A DNA stretch of 54,319 nt, taken from positions 112,774,684-112,829,002 of the forward strand of contig NC_068982.1 in assembly GCF_001194135.2 (NCBI RefSeq), in the 5' to 3' direction. The DNA comes from Octopus bimaculoides. Its lineage: Eukaryota. The notes beneath the pieces are model-generated. The model did not search any database. It was not told the DNA's origin and saw only the letters and a program-made list of their open reading frames with translations. Positions 14,046-27,590 of this stretch are shown one piece after another. Each line of letters starts with the position of its first letter. The stretch's first letter is position 1. The position numbers were made by a program, and so were the translations under genes.

Positions 14046-14430
14046 AAGAAGATTACTAATTACCTTAAGCAAGTTCGTACGTAAGATAGGCATAGTAGTA
14101 TTAACCACCTTTTATTAATCTTAAGACACAAACAAACAAAACACGCCAATATTATGGATGGTGATGACTGAAATAAATATCGATATGAAACATCAGTGAG
14201 ATGGTTGATTTATTGTTGCTGTTATTATTTATCCCTTAGTAAGCATTGATTCTGAATAATAGTTGTCTCTCGTAGTCTGAGAAAGACGGTTCTGCAATAT
14301 CTTGCTGAGCAAGGTGCACAAATGATTTGCTTATAGTGATCAACTGTTTGTGCCTTACATTATCTAACTCCCCTCCATGAAATTGATGTTGCCGGAACAG
14401 GTGCTCGGTGTACCACACATCAAGTATTGA

Positions 14431-14477
14431 AGTGACTGTAGAGCAAGGTGAGATGAAGTCTTCTGCTCAAAACACAA
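14431..14477 (-). mobile_element. Old CORE-domain fragment
   Basis: GAGCAAGGTGAGATGAAGTCTTCTGCTCAAAACACAA resembles GCAACGTGAAATAAAGTGTCTTGCTCAAGAACACAA at about 24.12-24.16 kb. Confidence 0.4.
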
Positions 14478-16879
14478 AGTAAGAGCCGTCTAGAGCAAAA
14501 CCTTACTCACAAGGTCATGCTCACTCATTGATGGAGTACACCTATCAATAAAGGCATTAGAGCATGGCGTCGAATTTATAATTTCAGATATAATGTATCT
14601 AAGGTGTTCTTCCATCCCTTTTATATTTGATGGCAGGAGTGCTTTGAGAGGGAGAAGCTGCTACTAGTTCTATTCGTCTTTGGCTGTCATTGGTTTTGGT
14701 TATGAAATATTTTGAAGGCAGTAGATACTAGACGTAGTAGAGCACCAGCATCTCGTTGTAAGATCAAAACCCACTGGAATCAATTTTACCAGTCACCCTA
14801 TAAGGGTCGACAACAAATTATCATTTAAGTACTAGAGTCGATTTCTTTCACGTCACTAACATTGGTCCTCTGGCAATATAAAACTACAGAATCGAAAGCA
14901 TGACTGTGGCTCCGATCGTTTCAATAGTTAGTGGAACCATTTCATCACGCTACAGTTTGGTTTATATATATTAGAGATCTTGAAAATCCTACCAATAACC
15001 AATGAAGATAGCGCTAACCATCTCTCGGACCAAATTAAGCTTATAATACTGAAGTATATTTTGAGATATTTACGAAAAATATAGTGAGAAATGGCCGGGT
15101 ATGTAATATACTTATAATGAATTAAACAGCTAGTTTTCACACCATGATGGAGATGTGTCAGTAGATGACGACGGGATATATCAGTTTGTTTCCTTTAGTC
15201 TAGCACAGGTCAAATGGTTGCCAAATTTATTGTTTACATGTTGACTGTAGAGAAGAATGTATTTAAGAGATAAAACGATAAAGTTAAAAGAGGCGACAGT
15301 TTACTTTTGCACTCTCAGAGGAGCTATTAAAGAGAGAGATATAATATAAAAAGTAGAAAAGACAAAAATTGAAATAGAAATGAAGATTGAAAGGAATTAA
15401 AATAAATAAGGAAACGAGAGAGTGAGAATAGAATTACATAAAAATTCATACATTATCTCGGTATTCTTGTCTAGAATATTTGTTCATTAATTAAATGGAA
15501 ATTACCATTACATTAAAATTAAATTAGAGACATTACTTAAGAAATGAGTGATTGGTTGGTTATATAAATATTTTGAGTAGGAGGTGAGACCATGACAAAG
15601 GTAACAACGTTACCATTAATAGTATGTGAATCAAATATCTTAGCTAAATTAGCCAAGAGGAACTTTTTAGAAAGTTTCATTAAATAAATAATTGATTATG
15701 CTTATTAATTAAATTATACCTACATTTGAGATTTTCTAAAGCTTTAATAAACACTAAATTGCTGTTACTCCTTTCCCTTTGCTTGAAAGTGTACTACATA
15801 TAATTGAGCTCGAAATTCAGTATTCCATACTGTTACCCTTGAGGTGCCGGATAAATTTAGACAGTGAGGTGCTCTATTTCTTTCTTTTTGTACTTAAAGG
15901 AGTGTATATGTTTAGGCAAACGAAATTTTCATTTTGATACTGCCGCACCTATATAATATATTTGACTTTATTACCTGCGTTCACAAAACATTTATATAAT
16001 AAATTATTCTCAAGACAGTTGCGATTTACATAGAGTTAATCAAGATTCCTTGAGTTATACAAACTATTTTACATGTACGCGCGCACGACACACACTCACA
16101 CGCACACATATATTGAAGGATCTTTCTTACTACCTTTCGTGACTTCGTAGTTTCATCGATACTGGTTTTTCAAAACAAGCATGCTTTGAGAAGCCTTCTT
16201 TTATAATATCCAAGTTTTAAACATTACAACAAACTTTAGATTCAATATCAGAAATCGATAAAATAGACATTTTTAGTATAGTGAACTTCTTACATTTATA
16301 CAAATTTAAGAATGAGCAAGGCTGTTGCCGATGAGCCTGGAATATATTACGGTTGTTCTAAAGATGTAATATTTTTTATCTCAAGCCAAGTACGAAGTCA
16401 AAAGGAGGAAGGTAAAGTGATCCGAGTGACCACTCGCAAACATTTTGTCCGTAATCCAACAGTTTGTGCCACTTCAATGCACTGCATTTAAATAATCCAT
16501 ATTAGTCTTACTAACAAAAATTAGATATGAGCAGTAATATTGCATATCATTTCATGCAAAGGAAAAAATTATCTCACTAATTTGTAAAACTTTAAGGGTT
16601 AAATGTCCTATTACCCGAAATATATTTGTAAGGAAGTAACATTTGCCTACAACATACTTTAATGTTATTTTAAAGTGACTGTTTCTCGCTTTGAATGTCA
16701 ATACTTTGGTAAAGGAGAGGTGATGTAAGTAAGTAATTGTTCGTGAGCCACTGCTAACCACCATATCAAAAGTTGTGTGTAAACCAACTGAAAAGGTAGG
16801 CGTTATTAATCAAGAAAAAATGCCTGTCATGAAGATATAGAATTAAATGATTATTCTCAGACTGCAATGTTATTATCTG

Positions 16880-17512
16880 TCCGAATATTCTTAATGCGTG
16901 TTCGAACTAGCGAATAAGCAACTCACTGTGTTTTATCATGGAGAATAAATCTCGCTTGCTGACAAATGGTTTGGACACACCTACATCAGCTCGCAGTGCC
17001 ATCTACCTAGACTATGAGATGCTAGCATTTCGGAGTAGTTATTTCCTCATCGGTTATAGATACCAAGCAGACGACACTACGAGCTGAATTAAGAGATTAC
17101 CTCTCTTATGCTTTTCCAGTCACCTTACGATGACTGGCAGCGCTATACGGCGGCTTACCGTAAGTAAATTATAGAGATAGGGCACTAAACAGTGATAAGT
17201 GAAATTAATATGCTTGATGCACGTTCAAACTGGGGAACAAGCTACTCACTGCGTTTTGTCATCGTACAGCGACTGCGAAAGCATAAGAGAGGTAATCTGT
17301 TAATCCAGCTCATAGTGTCGTCTGCTCAGTGTCTGTGATCGATGAAGAGATAGCTATTCCGAAATGCCAGCATCTCACAGTCTAGGTAGATGGTACTGCA
17401 AGCTGATCTAGGTGTATAAACACCATTTGTCAACAAAAGAGATATATTCTCCGTGACAAAACGCAATGAATAGCTTGTTCGCCAGTTCAAACGTGCATGA
17501 AGCATATTTGGA
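16880..17512. repeat. Long imperfect inverted repeat (fold-back) with an internal third partial copy
   Basis: Arm 16880-17123 is the reverse complement of 17269-17512 (47 of 60 identical in the segment I aligned by eye). 17207-17262 repeats the start of the left arm in direct orientation. Confidence 0.9.
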
Positions 17513-18059
17513 TTGCAATTTCCCTTATCCCTTATTACTGTTTAGCGCTCCCTCTCCGTACTCTCACAGACTCTCTATGAAATGTTACTCAAATATTTGA
17601 GCTTTTCTTTCATTTAACAATAGCTATATTTGAGAAACCTTTAAGATCTACACCCTAATCACCAGTGAATCTACACAATAGGTGTTGTTGGAGACAACAC
17701 ATCACTTGAATAAATCATATAGAAACCCTACTCTGATTGCTGGGAATCTAGCTAACTTTCCTAAAAGAACATAGCACCCAAGTGGTGATGTTAAAGTGTA
17801 TATGATGGCGTATATTACTCGCATCAAAATGATCCACAGAACTATTGAGCAAACCCGACACATGTGATTCCATAACATTGAGCAATGGTCTTAGTGTGTA
17901 TACGAGCTAATAATGCCATCGAAATACTATGTATCTTGCGGAAATATGGTATTTGTCTTATCATAACTGAATGAAATGATGCATTATGATTTAGTAGAGT
18001 TTATAGATGGTATAAAAGAAATTTGCACCATACTTGTATTAAAAAATCAACAGCATTTT

Positions 18060-18087
18060 AACCACCAGCACCACCAGCACCACCGAC

Positions 18088-18145
<58 letters not shown>

Positions 18146-18148
18146 AAG

Positions 18149-18210
<62 letters not shown>
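18060..18210. repeat. (CAC)n/(TAC)n trinucleotide tract
   Basis: Directly visible. This tract is the source of the poly-V ORF. Confidence 0.95.
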
Positions 18211-18855
18211 GGCGTGTTGCCGACGACAGGCACTTTGAATTCGTCAGTGCTATATTCCTGGCAATAACATCTGTTAATTCATTCCCTGCAGGCCTTGTCT
18301 TTAAAAGCTTTCTAAAAAGTGATTTTTTTCTATTGGAATAATAAATGCGTTATTACGAACAAGAGGTGCTAACCATATAAACTGATGCTAAGTGAAATAC
18401 AAGTACAATATAAAGCAAAGAAAGGAAGACAAGTACCAGATATGGCAGGTTTTATAAGCCTCACCGGGAAGTAAGGAGAGAACCAATAGGTTTGAGGAGT
18501 GAATGGTTGAGAGCAAATAAAACCCGGAAAATAAAACTCGTAGATCATATTTGGTTTATTTCTCGAGGGAATGAAGGATGATATAAGTGAAGAACTTTGA
18601 AAAGGAAATAAATACCCGTCGTATAATAATAGGCAACATTAAAAAGATATCTTGGTTATAAAAAGAGTTAAGAATTGTATTAGGTTAATAACCATATGTT
18701 AAATAGTATTCTCACTGAACCAATCACTTGTTTATAATGCGTTACAGTAAAAAAAAAGATATTTTCTAAGCTTCTAAAAATTTGGAGTATAGTCATTTCT
18801 GTAACTTATAAATATTTCATTCAAAAACTTCCAGTGGGAATCGATAACTCGTCAT

Positions 18856-18948
18856 GTGACTTGCTAGAAATATCTGCCAAGTCCCTATCGTTAGGGAGGT
18901 GCAAGAAAAAATAAACTAGGTAAAATGCCATTGGATGATGTAGTCCTA
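18856..18948 (+). repeat. Unclassified interspersed repeat, copy 1
   Basis: TGACTTGCTAGAAATATCTGCCAAGTCCCT..CATTGGATGATGTAGTCCTA, shared with the copies at 31.1, 37.2 and 46.4 kb. Confidence 0.6.
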
Positions 18949-20030
18949 AAGGCACTGCTACTGAAGAAAATAATAGAAGACTTTCACAGTTGGAATCAAG
19001 GTTTTTGCTAATAAAGCCACCCGATCATAATTGTTCTGGAGCTAAACAATAACTACAATTCCAGGAATAATGAAAACAATTGCCAACGAATGTGGAGATT
19101 TGAACTCAGGAGCTCTAGGCAGTTAAACAGACAATGTAAAGTATCTAGCGTGCTTAATTATGTCTTCACACTCTCAAATACTATGATAAAAATAAATGAA
19201 TAAGTCAATAAATAAAACAACAGTTCTCACAATAGGCAGGAGCGAAGCAGCGTTAGCTCGATGATATATTTAGACGATTGACAGGAACCCGAGAAACAGG
19301 ATTAATCCGATTCGATTAATACACCTTCATTCTAAACAATGATAAACAGTTTCCAAAAATACTACTAATATTTTTCATGAATATTGGTTCTTACGAAAAG
19401 TAGGCTAAAGCTTTTTAATCCATCACAGCATTTTTATTTTTTAATGGTTTTGTTTTCTTTACAGGCAGAGATATTTTTAGCTTATCATATCAGGTCTTTT
19501 AATTATAATTTTGTTACCGTTCTACTGCTTTCAGTCAAATGAAGAACGTGAGCTTGAGATGGGATGAAACAGAAACGGATTTAAGAGACATTATCCAGGA
19601 GAGAGTCATCAGCGATTGTTTATTATTTTTCTGTTTCATTTCTTTCATTTAAATAACTTGCATAGTAACAATGATACAGGTTCACTTCAAATTATTTGAA
19701 CAGAAGAAACAAAGTTGTGCAGTAGATACTATTAGAGTCGACCTACCCATTGTACTATTTGCATAATTATTTCGCAATAAATCAATTATAGAGTTAGTTT
19801 CACATTATTTCAGTATCACATTAACACACGTGTCAACAAGTGAGACTGTGTCTGAACGCTCAGTCTTCTAGATAGAGCAATCAATTTTCAATTTACTCCC
19901 TACTGTACGTTAGGTTGGGTTGTCCTGGAAAAGGTTGTTTAGACATGGATGGAATGCTTTTGATTATTTGAATTCACAACCAGGTTTGACTTGGTTTCAA
20001 ACTACCACGTTAATATACACAGGAATATAC

Positions 20031-20238
20031 TGGTTTCAAATGTTGACACAAGACCGGCAATTTTGGGGTAGGGGCTAAGTTGATTACATCGATCTCAACT
20101 GGTACTTATTTTAACGACCCCAAAAGAATGAAAGCCGAAGTCGATCTCGGTGGAATTTTAACTCAGAGCATAAAGACGGACGAATTGCCGCTAAGCATTC
20201 CATCCGGAGTGCTAATGATTCTTCCAGCTCGTCGCCTT
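20031..20238 (-). mobile_element. SINE, fourth family
   Basis: Colinear with 53966-54182 (GGTACTTATTTTAACGACCCC, AAAGCCGAAGTCGATCTCGGTGGAATT, GCTAAGCATT, CCAGCTCGTCGCCTT). Confidence 0.85.
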
Positions 20239-20281
20239 CATACCTTCTTACATGGGAATATATTGATTTCAACTTTTGGCA

Positions 20282-20375
20282 CTTCGGTGGAATTTGAACT
20301 TTGAACGTAAAGACGGACAAAAAGCCGCTAAGCGTTTGGTCCGGCCTGCTAACGGTTCTGCCAGCTCGCTGCCTA
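20282..20375 (-). mobile_element. SINE head fragment, fourth family (tandem to the previous copy)
   Basis: CTTCGGTGGAATTTGAACT..AACGTAAAGACGGAC..GCCGCTAAGC..CTGCCAGCTCGCTGCCT. Confidence 0.8.
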
Positions 20376-20429
20376 ATACATGGGAAGGTATAATCTGTAA
20401 GTTTTGAATCTAGTAATCCTAGCATACAA

Positions 20430-21413
20430 AGTTACACAAATGGAAATTCTTCAGAACGTCCTCAAGAAACGTTCCAAAAGGCTACGAACATCGATGAGTC
20501 CCCAAAAGCAAGACAGGTTACGAGAAACGTATCGTCAGACTTGAAGAAAATGTGTGGAGGAAGCGCGTCCTGAGATTGGAATTTCAAAATCGAGCATTCA
20601 CCGCATGCTAAAGAGCTATTATTGAACAAAGTTATATTCCAGGAATGTTTCATACTGTCAATGAAGATGATCTGGACCGAAGAGAGGTGTTTTCTGGGTG
20701 ATACTTGGCAACATTTCTAGAAGAAGCACATTCTCCAACAAAAATTGCTTGGAGTGATGTGATTACATTTGAATTAAATTGCTCGATTAAATCCAACAAT
20801 TGTACCGGCAGGGTACTTGAAAATGCGCATGTGTACTGTGGAACTTCAAATTAATTTGCTAGGAGTGTACGAGGACTTTTCATCAGCAGGAATAAATGGA
20901 CCATTTTCTTTAGATTGTACGGTGGTTGTCGCATTTACTTGAAATTTATATGACTAACATTCCTAATCATTCAGAAAGAATTTGAATATGTGTTATCAGC
21001 AAGATGGGGCAATCCCACAGTACCATAGCATTATAAGGGCTTAACGTGATGAGATTTTAGCAAATAGATGGATTAGACGAAGAGGATATCTTGCGCATTT
21101 ACCGGACCTCATTGCACAATACTTTTTATATGGGGAAGCTAAAAAGATAACCCTTACAGCAAAAATCCGGCATCATTCGATGAATTCAAGACAAAACTTC
21201 AACGAAAATGTGAACAAATACCAAACGAAATGTTTCTTAGCGTTCGTTTTATCAGCAATGCCTGCATCAGAACGGGCATCAATTTGAAAAGACGCGTTTA
21301 TAAAAAAATACTTCTGAATGTGAATTCTGTTAAATTTTGAAAATGAAATGTATTTTAATAAACACTGCTTTTATAATCATTCAGTCTGTGTATATAGTTT
21401 GGGGAGACCTCTG
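20430..21413 (+). mobile_element. Decayed Tc1/mariner-superfamily transposon (rosa/DD41D-like), left end missing
   Basis: Broken-frame translation gives EIGISKSSIHRMLK, NEDDLDRREVF, IAWSD, GINGPF, QQDGA (20996-21010), NRWIRRRG (WIGRRG-like), NPASFDEFK and HQNGHQFEK. It ends in TTTGGGGAGACCTCTG(CA), like a CAGGGTCTCCCAAAA-type TIR. Confidence 0.75.
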
Positions 21414-22098
21414 CATATTGCCTGAAACATCACAAATTAACTGGAGAGAAAAGTCGATGTCAAGACCAGTAATGTATTGTTGAAACATGGATAAAAATCA
21501 AAATGGATTCTGCATGGATCTGAACTTAAACCAGAATCAAATGCATAAGAAACATTATTTAGTTCCCATGATGAGATTAAATAATGTTCATTAAGCATTT
21601 AAATCAATGGGTTTACTTCTGTCATTTCACAGTCCTGATAAAGATTTATCACTTTGGCAAAATGCCACGAAATTTTAATGGAAGTTTGTGGTGGAATTAT
21701 CATGAGACCAAGATGTTGCTGATACTTTGTCGGACACGAGGTATTCAAAGGCAAAGTCAATCACAGTTGAATTTGGGATTAGAATCGAAACTGACGAAAT
21801 AAAATAATGCAAAATAGAATTGTATCATTTGTGACGCACACAAACCGCATAATAAACGAATGCACATACGTCGTATGGGTAGTTACATGTTTAATTAAGC
21901 ACGAATACAGATAAAGGAGAATAATGCTCTGTCGTTAGTCCCGCTAAAAAAACATATCTTGCTACTGAGTCGTGCTAAAAAAGAATACCAACTTCTGAAA
22001 TGATAGCCTAATCAATATACTGTTTATATGAATGTTAACAGTATATTGATTAAGCTACACAAGCACACTCAGATATGCATGTCAAAACCAAAAACATA

Positions 22099-22570
22099 AA
22101 TATTCCATTTGTAGTCACCTATTAACTTAGTCATTACAACACCATACATTCGCTCAAACGATACCTTCCAGAAAAATAATTAAACAATCCTATATTACCA
22201 ACATCCGAAGATGACTACCAACTGTTAAAACATGTTGAACAAAGACAAAATTCACATCGGAAAAGAAATATTAGAGAAATATTGCGGTGACCGTCATTGT
22301 AAGACGTGAAAAATAACTGAACGAGGCAAAACCAAAATATTAAAGAATGGGAAGTAAATTAAGGTTAATGCAACTATGATTTACATAACAGAAAATTTCA
22401 TTTACAGTATTACGTGTCTATAATGTGAATTATATTGGCCAAACAGGATTAATGCAACAAATCAAAGATTGACTTCTATATAGTGTAAATCTTGACATCT
22501 GTGCAAACAGAGAATTCAAAATACCCGTATTTCTTTTCAAAATAAGGAAGAAAAGGATCACCTAACCCAA
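22099..22570 (+). mobile_element. Highly decayed Penelope-like element (Neptune-like, Cys-rich linker plus GIY-YIG)
   Basis: Broken frames read NIPFVVTY, CGDRHCKT-stop (C..R.C..C linker), ENFIYSITC, YIGQTG, QQIKD and LDICANREFKI. Confidence 0.6.
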
Positions 22571-23209
22571 TAAAAGCAAAGTAAGAATATTTTATAATAA
22601 AAGTTCTAAATTTTAAGCTATACAGGAAATATCCAAAATTGCTTCTAAAACCGACTTCATCAATACAGATTATCCTACAACAATTGTTTTTGAAAAGCTG
22701 TATAATGGTGAGAGCGTTTATAGTTTACAAACGCTATTTTCCTAAAGATTCGTGTCGTTCTGCTTTTTTTCGACTAACAATATAGAATTGATAATTTTTT
22801 TAGCTAAGATCTTCCTTCACATATGTATTCATATAGCTATGTTTATATATGTACATCAGCATCTATATGTAGAAGAATGCAGTAATGTGTGTGTGTGCGC
22901 GCGCGCCTAGTGTATGTGTGTGTGTATATATATATGTGTGGGTGTGTCTGTATGTGGGTAATGTGTGTATGTATGTGTGCGTGTGTGTGTGTGTTTGTGT
23001 ATGTGTGTATTGTACGTTGGAAGTGTGCCATATAAATCATTAGAATTTGCGCACCATTTCTCAAAATCAAGTGTGGACCTGTTATAAGTTTTTATGATGG
23101 TGAAGAGACAGCACACCTCTGTTAGTTTCGTCAATGTAATCAAGAGGAAAATAAGAAAATTATCTGACGCAAGCTGAAATTAGATACCGTCGTGGCAGAA
23201 AGAGCCTGT

Positions 23210-23360
23210 GGCTTGCTGTGTGGCTTGCTTACCAACCACATGGTTCCGAGTTCAGTCCCACTGCGTGGCACCTTGGGCAAGTGTCTTCTACTATAGCCTC
23301 GGGCCGACCAAAGCCTTTTGAGTAGATTTGGTAGACGGAAACTGAAAGAATCCCGTCGTA

Positions 23361-23399
<39 letters not shown>

Positions 23400-23582
23400 A
23401 TTTGTGTGTCTGTGTTTGTCCCCCCAACATCGCTTGAAAACCGATGCTGGTGTGTTTCCGTTCCCATAACTTAGCAGTTCGGCAAAAAGAGACCGATAGA
23501 ATAAGTCCTGGGGTCGATTTGCTCGACTAAAGGTGGTGCTCCAGCATGGCCGCAGTTAAATGACTGAAAAAAGTAAAAGAGT
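23210..23582 (+). mobile_element. tRNA-derived CORE-type SINE (octopus OR-like family), near full length
   Basis: Head GGTTCCGAGTTCAGTCCC (B-box-like), CORE block GGCACCTTGGGCAAGTGTCTTCTACTATAGCC, internal (TA)n/(TG)n, and tail ACTAAAGGTGGTGCTCCAGCATGGCCGCAG..AAGTAAAAGAG. Confidence 0.9.
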
Positions 23583-23925
23583 ATCATAAATGTTGGGTTA
23601 TCCCATAAATAATGCGATTATAACTGTTAAAATCGAACTGCACTCTTGAAAGCTTGCACTAAGAATAAGCACAAGGTAAAATTACTAACTCCTTTTATAG
23701 CAAGTTGACACAGATAGTTTATCTCGTCTCCCTCCGATTTTTAGTTCATATAATTGAAAAAAAAAACGCATTATTTATGGGATGACCCAGCATTAGCTGG
23801 TTTATCTGCCGAAAGATGGCAGAGAAGAGAAGAGCTGCTGGTGCTGCTTTCGTTGTGATTTACCTCTTCGTAATCCGTGATGTACCTAATAATTCAACTT
23901 AATCTTAATTATATATATATATATA

Positions 23926-24231
23926 TGCTGGGACCCCCTTCGATCATGACTGACCATGGGATTGCACCTAGAAAGTTACACTCCCACGCACAAGTCCGGG
24001 CAAGGTTATTTTATGGAAGACTAACAGTCAGCCATGCATACAGGCCTCCCATCTCCACGTCACCAGTGTTATCCAAGGGAAAGGCAAAAGCCGATACAGC
24101 TTGGCACCTGTGACGTCGCAACGTGAAATAAAGTGTCTTGCTCAAGAACACAACACGCAGCCCGGTCCGGGATTCGAACTCACAACCTCACGATCGTAAG
24201 CTCGACGCTGTAACCACTGAGTCATGCGCCT
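23926..24231 (-). mobile_element. tRNA-derived CORE-type SINE (second family)
   Basis: Minus strand: A box TGACTCAGTGG, B box GTTCGAATCC, CORE-like GTGTTCTTGAGCAAGACACTTTATTTC, ending at a (TA)n tract. Confidence 0.85.
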
Positions 24232-24438
24232 TATACATACATTTATACATATTCATATACATGTATATATACATACATCTGTGTATTAGGGTATATATGC
24301 ATATATATCTGTGTATGTATATATACATATATGTACGCATATGCATAGACATGCATGCATATAATATATATATATGTACACAGACACACACACACACATA
24401 CACACATATATATATATTTGTATTTATGTATGTACATT

Positions 24439-24483
<45 letters not shown>

Positions 24484-27273
24484 ATATATGAAGAGAAAAT
24501 ATATGGAAAATAACGATAGGAGAGGGAGAGGAAGACAAAGAAAGAGAGATAGCTAATGATAATATAAAAAATTCAAAGCTTGCAGATATGTATATGTATA
24601 TGTGTATATCTTGTGTGTCCTATGTATCCTGTATATCAGTACCAAGAGCAACATGCTGAGTTAATCGCCAGTGCATTGGAACACATCCATATAACATCAT
24701 TGGCAATGGTTGGCATTTTTATCGCTTTATTTCCTGCTTTTTCTCCACACTCAAGGTCTGGTTCAAGAATCAATTTCATAGAGATTTCTGTCTTATGGTA
24801 TGATTGCTGACCTTTAAGAAGACTTGTTGTTTTCTATGTGCAAGTGCATTAACTCACAAAGGAAGAAATTCCCAAAGAGTTGAGTTTCATTTTTACTACC
24901 ACCTCGGTGAGTACGGTTGCAAATTTATTGAGATTCATTGTTCCTTAATTGACATTTATATTTTCGTCGTGCATCTAGTTGAAGAAACTATTTCCTAACA
25001 AAGTAATTTGCTTCGTAATGTTCTAGCAAGGCAGTACGATATTGTTGTTAGTACAATGGGTTTGCCAGTCATTTTAGATGTTTATGAAATCGTGCTTATA
25101 TATAGACCCTCTTGTCTCTCCCATCTTTGACCCAGCAGAACATCCACGATGTCGCATGTAGAGGAAGAAAGAGCTTCAATATAGTCACTGGGACTTGTTT
25201 GCAACTGAGAAAACATGGACAAGATAAAATAAAATAGCTTCCCTAAAGAGACTGTGTGCTAGACGGTCCAGCAATCGAACTCACGGCTGTGACCCCAAAA
25301 CTGTAACTACTACGTCACACGTCTTCTTGTACGTATTCACCTAAATAAGTACATATAAATATATTTGTATGAACTCACCTATACGTGCGTATATACGCTT
25401 TATGAAATGGAGATGAATAGAGAAGATTCGCATTTCAATAAGTACGTGTGTGTTGTATGTATGTGCATACATATTTATGTGCACACGTGTGAGGGAGTAT
25501 ATCTGTGTTGGAAGAGACACGTCTACGCCTTATCATGTTTATAGTTTGTGTTCTATGCTAACAGTACAAAATTTATATCATGTAACACATCATCTCTTAT
25601 GACAGAAGTATTTTGTTACAAATAAGCTCTCAAGTAGTACTAGTTTTTACCTGAATCTGCAAGTGAGGGGGAGAGAAAGAGAGAGAGAGAGAGGATGAGA
25701 TAGATACAGAGACGCAGAGATAAGAGAAACAGAGAGAGATACAAAGACAGAGAGATAAGAAAGAGAGAGAGAGAAAGAGAGAAAAACCTAAGGCGAGATA
25801 TAATTAAAATGAAAACCGACAGATAAATGTGAATATATAAATATATATTATAGTTTTTAAAATATGCATATATATATATATATATATATGCGTTGTTTGG
25901 ATATATATATATGCGTTGTTTCTATGCCTTAGTAAAAGAGAGTGCCTGCTAGACTGTTTGGAAATCGGACCGTTCCACTATTTCTATAATGGATGACGTA
26001 TAACTATGAATTCAATTTGACCCACTTACCATCATTTCCATATGAACTCACAGAAATCAATTATAAATCACTACTTTAACCTGCTTATTTGTTTTTATTT
26101 TAAACACATTTGCGTCTGTTTTCAACATTGCCCGTTGACTTTTTTTTCCAATAAATATGACCACTTCTCATCGTTAATGTTTTTCCTCTCTACCTTTTAC
26201 TCGCTGTCTTCACAAGTGAATTTCTTGTACTAATTTCCATCTGTGTAGTCTTCTCTACTCTATGACCTTTCTATTTTAGATGATTTCCTATCTGAATGTA
26301 TAATATTGCTGTCGATGTGGTTTTGTATTTTTAAAATTAATATTGGAGACATATCAGTCTATGTTTATTTCGGTTGATTGTGCTAAACATAGCGTTTAAT
26401 GGAGCAATAAAATAATTTTTTTTAAAAAAAGGCCATGAGTGGTAATTATAATCGGTCTCAAGCACCAGCGACAAGTGGTGTCTTCAGATCATAAACGATG
26501 GGAATTGTCACACGCGAATAATCAATAAACATAGTAGTAAGAACCATAACTATGAAAATTGCACCTGTAACCTTCTTTCGTGCTTGTTGGTAAAGTGAAG
26601 ATAAAGAAGTGCAAGTGTTGATTTAACATCTGGAAATATAATGAGCTATGTCATCGAGAACGTCATATGTGTAACCAGTTCTTCGATCAAGTGAATTAAT
26701 GCGTAAAGTGACTGAATATTTCAAAGACGCGGATATGTACTTAATATATTTCTCAATATTCGGCCTGAAAGAATGTGTCAAGGCTGGATCTCAAAGTTTC
26801 CATATACTAAATTTCATGCACTCAAACTGAGCTAAAATATATCTGTTCAAGATAGTAGACTCTGGGATCGAATCGAGCACCTTATGGATACTACGGAACA
26901 ATTTTTTTAAACACTCGGTCTTTCCTGTATGTGTGTATATGTGTGTGAGTGTATGAGCATGTGTGTGTGTTTGAGTGTGTGTGTGTGCGTGCGCGTGTGC
27001 GTGCGTGCATGTGTGTGTGTGTGTGTGTGTGTATGTGTGTATGTAAAACAAGATTACGAAGATGATAAAGCGTTGGAGCTAATTCATTACTCAGGCTTAC
27101 ACCACCATCTGTTTCTTCTCTGCCTTTAGCAGTCTGACCAAAAACTTGGTTCCCTTACTTCATTCATGCTGCCATTAACCTGTAAATGTTCAGACTGGGT
27201 CGTGTCTACGTCAAAATGAAAAATCCAGTTAAGCCTGCAGAAACAAGCATTTGACAATTTTATATAAAGATAT

Positions 27274-27590
27274 AGGCGCAAGCGTGGCTGTGTCATAAGA
27301 AGTTTCTTTCCCAACGACGTGATTCCGAGTTCAGTCCTACTGCGGGGTACTTTGGGCAAGTGTTTTCTACTATAGTCTCGGGCTGAATAGAGTATTGTGA
27401 GTAGATTTATTTGATGGGAACCGAAAAACAAACGTGTGTGTGTGTGAAAAACAGTGCTGGTGTGTCTACGTTTCAGTAACTAAGTAATTCTGAAAATAAG
27501 ACCGATATATTGAGTAGTCGACTAAAAGATTCTGCAAGGCAGTGCCCCAGTATGTCCTCCAGTCTAATGATGGAAGCAAGTAAATGATAC
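27274..27590 (+). mobile_element. Diverged copy of the same CORE-type SINE
   Basis: Colinear with 23210-23582 (AGGCGCAAGCGTGGCTGTG, CCGAGTTCAGTCC, TTTGGGCAAGTG, GCTGGTGTGT, AAGGCAGTGCCCCAGTATG). Confidence 0.85.

Noticed and set aside
24818-24912. Candidate internal exon ending in CTCG/GTGAGT (KTCCFLCASALTHKGRNSQRVEFHFYYHL)
   Set aside because: The donor is good, but the acceptor is weak and the peptide is unrecognised.
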